From contig JAETUM010000004.1 of assembly GCA_021768625.1 (NCBI GenBank), forward strand, positions 11,738-75,737: DNA of 64,000 bases, in the 5' to 3' direction. The stretch comes from Candidatus Stoquefichus sp. GTDB lineage: Bacteria > Bacillota_I > Bacilli_A > Erysipelotrichales > Coprobacillaceae. Below are positions 10,501-19,490 of this stretch, piece by piece. Positions within the stretch are counted from its first letter, which is position 1; every line of letters starts with the position of its first letter. The notes under the pieces were generated by a model. That model searched no databases. It was not told the origin of the DNA and worked only from the letters and a program-made list of their open reading frames with translations. The position numbers and the translations under genes are program-made.

Positions 10501-11386
10501 AACAGATAAATATGGAAATACAACAACTGTTATCACAGATTATGAAATCAAATCTGCTCCAAATATTTCTATAAAACCAGAGGAACCTGGAGATATTCCA
10601 ATAACTCCATTGCTTCCAGATGGTCCAGATGTTATGGATAAAGATGGTCATGTACAACGTAAATATACTGATAGTATTGTTGAAAATACTGAAGATAAGA
10701 AATTGAATTCAAGTGAAATAGAAGAAATGTTCTTGAGCCGATATGAAATTCCAGAAGGTTCAAAGACAATAGTTAAAGTGTTTGATAAAGATGGAAAAAT
10801 AGTAACACAATTAGATAAAAGTGTACCTAATAAGTATTATATTGATGTTGTTGTAGAGGATGAAGATGGAAATACTTCAACAGTTCATTTGACTTATGAA
10901 TTGAAAGATAATTCGAACATTAATATTGATACAGATGGAGACGGAAAACCAGATCTTAATATTGACACAGACGGCGATGAAAAACCAGATCTTAATATTG
11001 ACACAGATGGCGATGGAAAACCAGATCTTAATATTGACACAAATGGAGATGGAAGACCAGATCTTAATATTGATACAGATGGAGATGGAAAGCCAGATCT
11101 TAATATTGATACAAATGGTGATGGAAAAGCAGAACTTAATGTTGATATAGATGGAGATGGAGAGCCAGATCTTAATATTGATACAAATGGAGATGGCATA
11201 GCTGATTTAAATATTGATAAAGATGGTGATGGAAAAATTGATGTTGATCTTCAAGGTGAAGAAACTCATAAAAATGGAGATAAAGTGAAAACAAGTGATG
11301 ATGCATTAGTTGTTGAATTTACAGCATTGGCATTTGTATCATTAGCTATTATGATTCTAATTTCATATAAGAAAAAACTAGGATAG
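7562..11386 (+). CDS. large cell-wall-anchored surface protein (beta-helix-like N-terminal region, three Ig-like repeats, DxDxDG repeat array)
   Basis: Signal peptide (MKKVKSMKQITVIFLCFALIMGLLVLANQSVHA). Recurring GxGAGIGS/TFNGG motifs. Three ~95-aa repeats (…QAGEFHIITVVKDTLGNTTT…). Nine 12-aa NIDTDGDGKPDL repeats. C-terminal KTSDD + TM + KKKLG sorting-signal-like tail. Confidence 0.8.
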   Translation: MKKVKSMKQITVIFLCFALIMGLLVLANQSVHAEGTVVGSTGFTVQGGVEGVDYQIDEDTKMVIVMTGKRLTFSGTSSAYGIRVKPGTKADITLDNVTITAPLPLDVATNLTGTADGSVATQGEDILPENRTSLHLTLADGSTNRLEAGDLFPAIHCGEGSLLVIDDGVRNVDSNGNALTPVQGRVPKTCVLENGTKVNEGDPLYVMESNNPGKLYAYGGKSCAGIGSGIWENAGDMTFNGGYIEAYAYDKAETSTSRDYHGTGAGIGSSMAGGCTVMTFNGGTIVATGSYHGAGVGTGLSSSWGANWDRPQMEGTIKSRETYRDTIPRDIYINGGNLTAKGFEHGNAFGAGCAPGTNTGHKFVITGGNLTPITSQTSDIGGLGTDIIVTGGSFNTSKFSGTVTDGKGTTLTMVKIDMSVYPEFKDKRIKCLNVLIDGKPITPEYGLPNNIDENNMVYFWLPSSVQGKDIEIENLVVIDNDGKEWNSEYSYTLPDFSPTQPLAKQYIDFVLPREEMSDQLAKLLVKQYDGLDIGGEQMKKEFAELRISARKPDGKFLNDVNHLTVSHQKLLDKNGEAVNEEVVNGSVTEAGSYQIILTSDEYANEPTFQVQYWGHKVRMDARIDPADSIIKDFTYKLNEGEGKVKSVTFNAIVRPTDEMAKTCASPDGKIQFYANGVPVGEPVELTPQADTKDGYHYSSVAYNWVVEGIQIPYIEGDKIQFTAKYTEGSNYNDSEAKGATFDNPVPGLPTARPPKVEIIPTDPTKPVKPLEPNKPIENKPGENPGDINTLHQNADDFVMVTVSDDVLDKDAIEQFIKERYQITSQVAGTDVKFESIQLKDKDGKVIDKLDCTQAGEFHIITVVKDTLGNTTTIDLDYIVVQPPQISVKPEGSGNPIPLNPEYPPTVDEETGTYHNVVKDKYSQATENRKLNQKEVEKWIDSHYQFDNGSTSSIVIKNETGNKVSEIDLSQAGKYTVETVVTDKYGNTTTVITDYEIKSAPNISIKPEEPGDIPITPLLPDGPDVMDKDGHVQRKYTDSIVENTEDKKLNSSEIEEMFLSRYEIPEGSKTIVKVFDKDGKIVTQLDKSVPNKYYIDVVVEDEDGNTSTVHLTYELKDNSNINIDTDGDGKPDLNIDTDGDEKPDLNIDTDGDGKPDLNIDTNGDGRPDLNIDTDGDGKPDLNIDTNGDGKAELNVDIDGDGEPDLNIDTNGDGIADLNIDKDGDGKIDVDLQGEETHKNGDKVKTSDDALVVEFTALAFVSLAIMILISYKKKLG
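10922..11245 (+). repeat. 9 tandem 36-bp repeats encoding NIDTDGDGKPDL (DxDxDG calcium-binding-like)
   Basis: Directly visible 36-nt periodicity. Spurious ORFs on both strands (10894-11199 minus, 10926-11150 plus) are by-products. Confidence 0.9.
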
Positions 11387-11409
11387 TTTAAGTAATTAAT
11401 TGAAAATGG

Positions 11410-11440
11410 TAGACTCAATAATTTTGTTGAGTCTCTTTTC
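11410..11440 (+). terminator. intrinsic terminator after surface protein gene
   Basis: Stem AGACTCAA / TTGAGTCT with an 8-nt loop, followed by CTTTTCT. Confidence 0.65.
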
Positions 11441-11592
11441 TATTTATAAAATTACAATAAAAAATAGTTAGAGTAAGTTTATACATATATCATTTTATTT
11501 CTACATAATTAGATAATCTTTACCGTTATTTATATTTTTGTTATAATGTTTGAAAGACTTTTAATATTTATAATGCATTAGGAGGATAATGA

Positions 11593-12774
11593 ATGAGTAT
11601 TATAAGAAAAATAAAGAGATGGATAAGATTTAGTATTTTCTATTTATTGAGCTGGATTTATTCTTTAGTATGTCCAATGAAAGATAATAGAGTTTGCTTT
11701 TTATCAGATGTAAGAACGGTCATGGGTGGAAACCTAAAATGTGTGTATGATTATTTAGAAGATAAAGATTTTGAACGAATTATAGAATTTAAGGCTGATA
11801 GACGAGTAAGAAGAACGTTTAAACAAAAGTTAGAGCTTATTTATAATTTAGCGACTTCACGATATATTATTCTTGATGATTTTACAAATGCAATTACTTT
11901 TATGAAAGTAAGAAAAGGTCAAGAAATTGTACAATTATGGCATGGACCAGGAGCGTTTAAAAAGTTTGGATGGTCAAGAGCAACGAATGGCGAAAATATT
12001 GGAAGCATTCACAGAGGATATAAAAAATATACAAAAGCAAGTGTAAGTGGACAAGGAATTAGATGGTGTTATGCTGAAGCTTTTTCTATTTCTGAAGATA
12101 AAGTGAAGGCTACAGGTTTTCCTAGAACTGATAGTTTTTTTGATAAAGAATTTATTCAAAAAACAAAGAATGATTTTTATGAAGCATATCCTGAATTAAA
12201 AAATAAAAAAATTATCTTATTTGCTCCTACATATCGTAGTACTAAAGTTAACGATGCATCATATGACTTTTCAAAGATTGATTTTCAAGCTATATATGAT
12301 CAATTTCACGACCAAGATTATGTTTTCATAATCAAGTGGCATCCTGCAATTTATAATAATATGGTTATGAATGTTATAGAAAGTCCAGATTTAAGTTTAT
12401 ATCAAGATTTTTATCGTGATTTTTCAGAATATAGAGACATTAATGATTTGCTTATTGTTTGTGATGTTTTAATCACTGATTATTCTTCTGTTATTTTTGA
12501 TTATGTTTTATTAGATAAACCTATTATTTATTTTACATATGATTTGGATGAATATACAGGATATGGTGGGAGAGGTTTGTATTTTGATTTTGATGAGTAT
12601 GTTTTTGGGCAAGTTGTTGATACATGTGATGATTTAATTCAAGCTATATATCATAATGATTTAATGGAAGAAAAGAGGAAAGTTTTCTTTGATAAGTTTA
12701 TGGGTGAATGTGATGGTCACTCAACACAAAAAACTTGTCAATGGATTTTTGAGAATAACCCACATATAAAATAA
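11593..12774 (+). CDS. CDP-glycerol glycerophosphotransferase (TagB/TagF family)
   Basis: VQLWHGPGAFKKFG, ILFAPTYR, KWHP and LITDYSSVIFDY catalytic-domain motifs. GGAGG SD. Confidence 0.85.
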   Translation: MSIIRKIKRWIRFSIFYLLSWIYSLVCPMKDNRVCFLSDVRTVMGGNLKCVYDYLEDKDFERIIEFKADRRVRRTFKQKLELIYNLATSRYIILDDFTNAITFMKVRKGQEIVQLWHGPGAFKKFGWSRATNGENIGSIHRGYKKYTKASVSGQGIRWCYAEAFSISEDKVKATGFPRTDSFFDKEFIQKTKNDFYEAYPELKNKKIILFAPTYRSTKVNDASYDFSKIDFQAIYDQFHDQDYVFIIKWHPAIYNNMVMNVIESPDLSLYQDFYRDFSEYRDINDLLIVCDVLITDYSSVIFDYVLLDKPIIYFTYDLDEYTGYGGRGLYFDFDEYVFGQVVDTCDDLIQAIYHNDLMEEKRKVFFDKFMGECDGHSTQKTCQWIFENNPHIK

Positions 12775-12776
12775 TT

Positions 12777-12800
12777 AGGAAAGTGATAACTTTCCTTTTA
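12777..12800 (+). terminator. intrinsic terminator
   Basis: Stem AGGAAAGT / ACTTTCCT, loop GATA, then TTT. Confidence 0.6.
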
Positions 12801-12900
12801 TCTTATTAAATAAGTATAGAATAGAGTGTTATTTAGAAAATATGTTAACACTAATAGTAGAAGTAATGCTATAATAGAAAACAAGAAATGTGGTGATAAG

Positions 12901-14016
12901 ATGAAAAGCTTTATAAAAATGATACTACAAGTTATAAGACGTATAGACTATATTGTTTTGTATTGTTTATGTCGTATTGTTTATCCAATAAATAATCAAC
13001 AAGTCTTATTTTTATCGGATTCACGAGAAGATATGACTGGTAATTTTTATTTTATATATGAAAAAATAAAGTATGATTATGTTGTGAAAAAATATTTAGG
13101 AAATCATAAGCATTATTCAAAATTTCTCATATGCAAAGATATGGCAACATCTCATTATATTTTGGTTGATGATTTTTATCCTTTAATTTATCCTATTCCA
13201 TTAAGAAAAAAAACGAGATTAATTCAAGTGTGGCATGCAGTAGGGGCATTTAAGACAGTGGGATTTGCAAGAAAACATAATCAAGATCATTTTTCTATGA
13301 CACATCGCAATTATACAGATGCTATTGTGAGTTCGTCATCTATACGTAAGGATTATGCACAAGCATTTCGTATGAACGAAGAAGATATACATAGTACAGG
13401 AATTCCGCGTACAGATATATTCTTTGATAAAAGTTATATTGAGAAGAAAAAAGAAGAGCTTTATAAAAAATATCCTTTATTAAAAGATAAAACGGTTATT
13501 TTGTTTGCTCCAACATTTCGTGGAAATAATATTCATCAAGCATATTATGATTTTGATAAGATTGATTTTGAACAATTACAATCACAGTTATCTAATGACT
13601 ATATTTTTATTATTAAAATGCATCCATTTATTCAAAATACATATTCTCAACAACTTGATTCTTCATTTTATTTAGATTTAACAAGTGAAAGAGAAATTAA
13701 TGATTTATTATTGATTACTGATATTTTAATTACAGATTATTCTTCAGTTATATTTGAAGCATCTTTATTAAATATTTATACGATTTTTTATGCTTATGAT
13801 TTAGAAGAATATATTTCATTAAGAGATTTTTTCTATTCTTACGAAAAGTATACTTTTGGACCAATTGTTAAAAATCAAGAACAATTACAAGATGCAATTC
13901 TTCATCCACAAAAAGATGATAATAAGTTAAAAGATTTTCATGATTATTTTATGAGCAGTTGTGATGGGCATGCTTCAGAACGTTTTGTAGAGACTTTATT
14001 AAAGGAGAAAATATAA
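12901..14016 (+). CDS. CDP-glycerol glycerophosphotransferase (TagB/TagF family)
   Basis: VWHAVGAFKTVG, ILFAPTFRG, KMHPF and LITDYSSVIFE motifs. Start moved to ATG 12901 (MKSFIK...), since the upstream extension in the track has no SD. Confidence 0.8.
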   Translation: MKSFIKMILQVIRRIDYIVLYCLCRIVYPINNQQVLFLSDSREDMTGNFYFIYEKIKYDYVVKKYLGNHKHYSKFLICKDMATSHYILVDDFYPLIYPIPLRKKTRLIQVWHAVGAFKTVGFARKHNQDHFSMTHRNYTDAIVSSSSIRKDYAQAFRMNEEDIHSTGIPRTDIFFDKSYIEKKKEELYKKYPLLKDKTVILFAPTFRGNNIHQAYYDFDKIDFEQLQSQLSNDYIFIIKMHPFIQNTYSQQLDSSFYLDLTSEREINDLLLITDILITDYSSVIFEASLLNIYTIFYAYDLEEYISLRDFFYSYEKYTFGPIVKNQEQLQDAILHPQKDDNKLKDFHDYFMSSCDGHASERFVETLLKEKI

Positions 14017-15149
14017 TGAGCGTAATTATAAAGATAGGTTCATGGTTTCTTAATTTTATTTATATGTTGATGAAACTTTTACCTGTGCAAAAAAAGATAA
14101 CCTATATATCTAGACAAATGAACACAACTCCAAAAGATTTTCAAATGGTTATTGATAACTTTAAAGAAAAAGATAATACTTATAAACATGTTGTTTTATC
14201 TAAAATGATACCAAAGGGAATTGTGGGGAAAGTAGAATATTGTTTTCATATGTTAAAACAAATGTATCATATTGTAACTTCTCAAGCTGTTTTATTAGAT
14301 ACATATTGTATACCTATTAGTTTATTAAAACAAAGGAAGCGTTTAATAGTTATTCAAATGTGGCATGCATTGGGTGCTTTTAAAAAATTTGGATATAGTA
14401 TTTTAGATCAAGAAGAGGGCTCTTCATCCAAAATTGCATATCTTATGAAAATGCATCATAATTATACATATGTATTATCAAGTAGCCAATACGCTTCACA
14501 GTTTTTTGCTGAAGCTTTTCATGTTGAAAATGATAAAATGAAAGTATTTCCATTACCTAAAACAGATTTATTAATTGATAAAGAATTGAAAAAGGAAACA
14601 ATACATCGTATTTATCAAAAGTATCCACAATTAAAGAATACACAAAAGAAGGTGATTGTGTATGCTCCAACATTTAGAAAAAATAATGATCAAGAACTTT
14701 ATCATGCGATAATGAAATTTATTCAACAAATAGATTTTCATCAATATGAATTTGTTTTGAAAATACATCCTTTGACACAATTTCATATTGATCATCCAAA
14801 TATTATAGAAGATCATAATTTTACTTCTTTGGAATTTTTTCATTTAGCTGATTATATTGTTACAGATTATTCGGCTATATTGTTTGAGGCTGTTATATTA
14901 GATAAACCTGTTTACTTTTATGCATTTGATTATCAAGAATACATGGGAAATAGATCTTTCTATATTGATTACCAAACGCAAATACCAGGACCGATTTTTA
15001 AGGATTCAAAAGAATTAATGGATGCTATTGCAAAAGGAAAAGTTGATAAGCAGAAAATCCAAGACTTTAAAAGACTCATGATAGCACCATGTCAAAAAAG
15101 TTATACAGATGATTTTACAGATTTTTTGATGAAAGAGATAGACCAATAA
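14016..15149 (+). CDS. CDP-glycerol glycerophosphotransferase (TagB/TagF family)
   Basis: [23 protein letters not shown] and [10 protein letters not shown] motifs. ATG overlaps the stop of the upstream paralog (TAATG). Confidence 0.8.
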   Translation: MSVIIKIGSWFLNFIYMLMKLLPVQKKITYISRQMNTTPKDFQMVIDNFKEKDNTYKHVVLSKMIPKGIVGKVEYCFHMLKQMYHIVTSQAVLLDTYCIPISLLKQRKRLIVIQMWHALGAFKKFGYSILDQEEGSSSKIAYLMKMHHNYTYVLSSSQYASQFFAEAFHVENDKMKVFPLPKTDLLIDKELKKETIHRIYQKYPQLKNTQKKVIVYAPTFRKNNDQELYHAIMKFIQQIDFHQYEFVLKIHPLTQFHIDHPNIIEDHNFTSLEFFHLADYIVTDYSAILFEAVILDKPVYFYAFDYQEYMGNRSFYIDYQTQIPGPIFKDSKELMDAIAKGKVDKQKIQDFKRLMIAPCQKSYTDDFTDFLMKEIDQ

Positions 15150-15163
15150 AGGTCTATTTTTTT
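15138..15163 (+). terminator. intrinsic terminator ending the tag operon
   Basis: Stem ATAGACC / GGTCTAT, loop AATAAA, T7 run. Overlaps the stop codon at 15147-15149. Confidence 0.7.
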
Positions 15164-15205
15164 GATTTTCTTCATACATTGTTATATGGATGTAGGAGGA
15201 GAATT

Positions 15206-15538
15206 ATGAATAGAGGAGAAATATATTATGCAGATTTATCTCCAGTTATAGGGAGTGAACAAGGTGGCTATAGACCAGTTCTTATTTTACAAAATAATAA
15301 AGGGAATAAATATTCGACAACAGTTATTGTGGCACCTATATCATCACGCCTTACAAAAAATGCATTACCAACACATGTATTTATTGAACCGTATTTTCTA
15401 GAAAAGAAATCTGTAATTCTTTTAGAACAAATACGTACAATAGATAAAAAAAGAATTGATGAAAAATTGGGTACTTTATCTATTGGGATTATGGAGAAAG
15501 TTAATCAGGCAATTAAAACAAGTTTAGACATTAAATAA
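15206..15538 (+). CDS. mazF: MazF/EndoA (PemK family) endoribonuclease toxin
   Basis: [31 protein letters not shown]...VIVAPISS...[11 protein letters not shown] closely follows the MazF/NdoA consensus. AGGAGG SD. No antitoxin ORF fits in the 56 nt upstream. Confidence 0.85.
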   Translation: MNRGEIYYADLSPVIGSEQGGYRPVLILQNNKGNKYSTTVIVAPISSRLTKNALPTHVFIEPYFLEKKSVILLEQIRTIDKKRIDEKLGTLSIGIMEKVNQAIKTSLDIK

Positions 15539-15579
15539 TTGTTATGCTATAATTATACTCATATACAAGGAGTGATAAT

Positions 15580-16461
15580 ATGAATATAAGAAGTATAAAA
15601 AGTAGAGCGAATGAGTTATTGGTTTATTCTAAACCACAATTTATACGTATTTTAATTATTATGTTATTAGTAGGATTGGTTCCCTCTCTTTTTAATAATA
15701 GTCGTGGATTGATGGCACTCATATCATTGATTGTTTCAATTATCTTTCTTCCATTTGATCATGGATATATTGTTTCATCTTTGAAAATAGTAAGAAATAA
15801 TTATACTGCCTTAAAAGATGAAGATGCTTGGGTAGGGTTTTCAAGATTTAAAGAGCTATTTCCTACATACCTTATAGTAGGACTTATAAGGTTTGCTATA
15901 GTATTTTGTATCACATTTGTTTTGTTATTTTTATTAACTATTTTTAATGGAGCAACACTTTCTCATATGTCTAGTATGACTTATAATGCTAATGTGGATA
16001 CATTAGTTCGTGTTTTGATGGCTTCACCAGCTTTTTTAATGCAAACGATGATTGTTCTTTTGATTATTGTTATTGTTAATTATATTTTATCTATTTATTT
16101 ATTTGCAGTTCCTTATTTATTAGAACAATATCATATGGAAACAATGACAGCTATTAGAGAGTCAATTCAGTTTATTGATGGTTATGCTTTTGATTTATTT
16201 AAGTTAGACCTTTCATATTTTGGATGGTTTTTTCTAATAGGGATTGTTGATAGTTTGCTTGCTGAATTTTTAGGATCTATTCCTTTTGTTGGAACACTTG
16301 TTGTAGCAATACTTTGTGGATTGTTGAAAATATATGTTTTTTTACCACAATATTATTTATCTCGAACTATATTTTTTGAAGAAATTGCATATCAACGTTA
16401 TGAAGTTCATCAACAACAACCGTTTGATAATGTAAATGATTATAATCGAGAGGGAGAGTAA
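15580..16461 (+). CDS. DUF975-like integral membrane protein
   Basis: 293 aa with about 6 TM segments. N-terminal organisation (short basic head, then paired TM hairpins) resembles DUF975. Call made by pattern only. Confidence 0.4.
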   Translation: MNIRSIKSRANELLVYSKPQFIRILIIMLLVGLVPSLFNNSRGLMALISLIVSIIFLPFDHGYIVSSLKIVRNNYTALKDEDAWVGFSRFKELFPTYLIVGLIRFAIVFCITFVLLFLLTIFNGATLSHMSSMTYNANVDTLVRVLMASPAFLMQTMIVLLIIVIVNYILSIYLFAVPYLLEQYHMETMTAIRESIQFIDGYAFDLFKLDLSYFGWFFLIGIVDSLLAEFLGSIPFVGTLVVAILCGLLKIYVFLPQYYLSRTIFFEEIAYQRYEVHQQQPFDNVNDYNREGE

Positions 16462-16462
16462 A

Positions 16463-17179
16463 ATGTTTACAAGGAAAATTTCTAATCAAACAAAATTAAT
16501 GATGCTGTTAGTGTTTATTCCTTTTTATTTCTTTTGTGGTTCGATTATAGCTTCAGCAATTATTAAGTTTTGTATTATACAATTTTCTTTAGTTCTTGAT
16601 GAAACAACGGTTGTTGCATATCTTAACTTATTATTGGATCTTGTTTTTGCATTAATCATCTTGCTGATTTTTAAAGATTCATTAATAGAACAATGGAAAG
16701 ATTTTTTTAAAGAAAAAAAGGAAAATATATTGTATGGTTTTGTTATAGGGTTTGTCATGCTTTTTGTTGCAAGTATTGTGGGTGGATTACTTTCAATGGC
16801 TTTTGAAGCACAGACAGATAGCCAAAATCAAGCTGTGATAGAAAATCTTGCACAGGCACATCCTGTTATTATTGTGATTACATCAGTTATTTTAGCACCA
16901 ATTGTAGAAGAACTCCTTTTTAGAGGAACTATTTTTGGTTGGTTATATGAATTGCATCCAATGATAGCTCATCTAGGGTCAGCATTTTTGTTTGGATTTG
17001 TGCATATTATGGATGCTGTTTTATCTGGTAATTACCAAGAATGGTTTCAAATTTTTGCTTATTTCCTAATGGGAGCAGTTCTTAGTTTTCTGTATGAAAA
17101 AAGGAACAATATTTATGTTCCTATATTAAGTCATATGATGAATAATTTGATTTCTATTTTACTTGTTTTGTTTAATTAA
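16463..17179 (+). CDS. CPBP-family intramembrane glutamic endopeptidase (CAAX protease/Abi-like)
   Basis: All three CPBP motifs are present: EELLFRG, FGFVH and HMMNN. Multi-TM. Start moved to ATG 16463. Confidence 0.85.
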   Translation: MFTRKISNQTKLMMLLVFIPFYFFCGSIIASAIIKFCIIQFSLVLDETTVVAYLNLLLDLVFALIILLIFKDSLIEQWKDFFKEKKENILYGFVIGFVMLFVASIVGGLLSMAFEAQTDSQNQAVIENLAQAHPVIIVITSVILAPIVEELLFRGTIFGWLYELHPMIAHLGSAFLFGFVHIMDAVLSGNYQEWFQIFAYFLMGAVLSFLYEKRNNIYVPILSHMMNNLISILLVLFN

Positions 17180-17205
17180 GGTTTCATAATTATATGAGAT
17201 CTTTT

Positions 17206-17718
17206 TTATATAATATAAACGATTATACCTATTGTTATTCCTAATACCATTCCAAAAAGAATATCTGTAAGATAATGGACAAATAAATAAAGACGAGAGA
17301 TAGCAGTAAGTATTGCATAAAGAATACCTATACTTCCTAAAAATGGATTATACAAAAACATAACAGTGCTACATGCAAAAGAAGATGTTGTGTGCCCTGA
17401 TGGAAAAGATAAATCATTTGGTATAGGGACAAGAATTTTAATATCTTTATAAATATGGCAAGGTCTCTTTCTTTTGACTATAGATTTAATTGTTATTTGT
17501 CCAACTAAAGTTGCACTAATAAGGGCTATAAGCATATCTATAGACATTGCACGTGTTGGTTCAAAAAGGTTTGTCACTAGAATAATAATTAACCAGGTCA
17601 TACCAAAATCACCACAAGAACTAATTGTTTTCATTATTTCGTTAAGAAAGTGGTGATGATAAAATGATGTCATAAAGAATGCTATTTTTTTATCGTATTC
17701 TTTGATTTTATTCAGCAT
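17206..17718 (-). CDS. PAP2-family phosphatase (undecaprenyl-diphosphate/phosphatidate phosphatase-like)
   Basis: KRKRP, PSGHTT and SRLYLFVHYLTD form the KxxxxxxRP / PSGH / SRxxxxxHxxxD acid phosphatase signature. 4-5 TM segments. Confidence 0.85.
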   Translation of the reverse strand: MLNKIKEYDKKIAFFMTSFYHHHFLNEIMKTISSCGDFGMTWLIIILVTNLFEPTRAMSIDMLIALISATLVGQITIKSIVKRKRPCHIYKDIKILVPIPNDLSFPSGHTTSSFACSTVMFLYNPFLGSIGILYAILTAISRLYLFVHYLTDILFGMVLGITIGIIVYII

Positions 17719-19264
17719 CTTCTTGGAAAAATCTCCTTTTTATTAATGAATAGATATACTTTATAAAAATAATTGCTAGAGTATTAAATATAAAAATATG
17801 TAATAGTTGTTTTCCTTGAACAGAAAAAACTGAAACAGTTTGATAATATTGCTCATATGATGGAATGAAAGGTATAACAGTATGTAATAAATTGAAAAGC
17901 ATTTTAAATAAACTTTCGATTATTGAATAATAACTTTCAAAAAGAATACTTATAATTCCAAAAATTCCAGATTTTGCATTAAATTGATGAATAAATGCAA
18001 TTTCAAAAATAATACTAATAAATAAAATAAAAAATGAAACTGATAAAGTATATAATAAATTAATTGTTAAATTTAACACAGAAAAAGAATCGTCTTCATT
18101 TTCTAAAATACTATTCTTCATTAAAGGATTTTGTGTTTCTTGAATCATTTCTTTATCAAGAGTCTTATCTTTTTCTTTATTTTCTCTTTCTTTAATTTGT
18201 TGTAAAAGAAGTGAAAGCTCTTTTTCTTCTTTGTCATCAAGAGAACGTATAGTAGGAGAATCTTGTTTGCTTTTTTCCTCAACAACATTATCTATGTTTT
18301 CATTATGCTTTATCTTCTCTTGTGTTTGTTCTTGTGAAACGGTTTCTTCTTTTTCATCATCAAAAGAAAAACGTTGTAAATGTTTGGTTTGTGATTGTTG
18401 ATTGTTTTTTTCGGCTTTTACTTTATGAGATTCCTCATTAAGTAATGAAATATGATATTGATATGTTTGTTCAACAACATTAAGTACTTCATGGTCATCA
18501 CGATAAGTTTCAACAAGTTTTTGATGGACATTATCAATTTCTTCTTTTGTCATATGATCATTCATACCTAATATTGGTGAATATATTTGCATATCTTCAT
18601 ATCTTTCAAAAAGCAATATATTTAAAACTTCAAATAAATTATTGACAGTTTTGTAAGAAACCATTTTCTCTTCATTTCCAGCTTTAACAAGATCTTCACA
18701 GTAAATAGTATTCATTTGAAGCTTAGAAGCGGCTTTAGATAATGATAGAAACGAAGAAATAACAAGTGTTTCTTTATTAGTAATTTTAAAATAATCACGA
18801 ATTGTTTCCAGCATTTGTGTAGATGGAAGTGGATGACTCGCTGTATCACTTCCAATAATAAAGTGGAATTTATTATATATTTTTGCTAATTTTAGATATT
18901 CTACAGCATCTTTAGTACGATGAGTAGAAAGAACAGCTATTTTAACTTTTTTTTGCTGAGCATACTCAATGAGCTCTAGTAAACCATCTTTGGGTTTTAA
19001 ACCTTTATAATGAAGATATTGTGATAACTCTCTTTCTATTTTTGCGTTGAATGGTCCTATATCTATATTTTGGCTTAAGGGTAAACCTTTATACATGTCA
19101 TACATATTTGATAAGTGAGAATAGAATTCTTTTTTATCCAAATGAATATTTTTGCTATGACAATAATGTTTATAATAATTATAACGATATCTGTTTAAAT
19201 CAAAGATAACTCCGTCAAGAGGTATAATGATTAATTTTATATTTTGAATTGTTTGATTATACAT
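17708..19264 (-). CDS. HAD-like domain protein with K/E-rich linker and C-terminal membrane domain
   Basis: N-terminal IIPLDGVIFDL is a degenerate HAD motif I (first Asp missing). Also has a Rossmann-like core, a charged low-complexity linker and about 4 C-terminal TM segments. Overlaps the PAP2 gene by 11 nt. Confidence 0.5.
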   Translation of the reverse strand: MYNQTIQNIKLIIIPLDGVIFDLNRYRYNYYKHYCHSKNIHLDKKEFYSHLSNMYDMYKGLPLSQNIDIGPFNAKIERELSQYLHYKGLKPKDGLLELIEYAQQKKVKIAVLSTHRTKDAVEYLKLAKIYNKFHFIIGSDTASHPLPSTQMLETIRDYFKITNKETLVISSFLSLSKAASKLQMNTIYCEDLVKAGNEEKMVSYKTVNNLFEVLNILLFERYEDMQIYSPILGMNDHMTKEEIDNVHQKLVETYRDDHEVLNVVEQTYQYHISLLNEESHKVKAEKNNQQSQTKHLQRFSFDDEKEETVSQEQTQEKIKHNENIDNVVEEKSKQDSPTIRSLDDKEEKELSLLLQQIKERENKEKDKTLDKEMIQETQNPLMKNSILENEDDSFSVLNLTINLLYTLSVSFFILFISIIFEIAFIHQFNAKSGIFGIISILFESYYSIIESLFKMLFNLLHTVIPFIPSYEQYYQTVSVFSVQGKQLLHIFIFNTLAIIFIKYIYSLIKRRFFQEDAE

Positions 19265-19366
19265 ATTCTCACCACCTTTTTCATTATATCAAATATTCTA
19301 CAATTATTCCATTTAAAATGACTTGATTTTATAACTAAGATAGTGTATTATATATTCGTTGGCAAT

Positions 19367-19442
19367 CTCTCCTTAGCTCAGCTGGCAGAGCATCTGACTC
19401 TTAATCAGAGGGTCCACGGTTCGAACCCGTGAGGGGAGACCA
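19367..19442 (+). tRNA. tRNA-Lys (anticodon CTT)
   Basis: Hand-folded cloverleaf. Acceptor CTCTCCT/AGGGGAG (one G-U), D arm GCTC-AGCTGGCA-GAGC, anticodon stem TCTGA/TCAGA with loop CTCTTAA, T arm CACGG-TTCGAAC-CCGTG, encoded CCA. 76 nt. Confidence 0.85.
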
Positions 19443-19454
19443 ATTAAAAATTCG

Positions 19455-19490
19455 AAAAAGCATTGATTATATTGATGCTTTTTCTTTTTT
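19455..19490 (+). terminator. intrinsic terminator after tRNA-Lys
   Basis: 9-bp stem AAAAAGCAT / ATGCTTTTT with an 11-nt loop, followed by a long T-rich run. Confidence 0.65.

Noticed and set aside
10894-11199. Minus-strand 101-aa ORF, and the plus-strand alternative-frame ORF at 10926-11150.
   Set aside because: Both lie entirely within the 36-bp tandem repeat array of the surface protein gene and are themselves periodic, so they are artefacts of repeat structure.
19367-19442. tRNA-Lys might be a pseudogene because it starts with C1 paired to G72 and has a G-U pair in the acceptor stem.
   Set aside because: All four arms fold canonically, with U33, A37 and the T-loop TTCGAAC conserved and an encoded CCA. 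Nothing else suggests decay.
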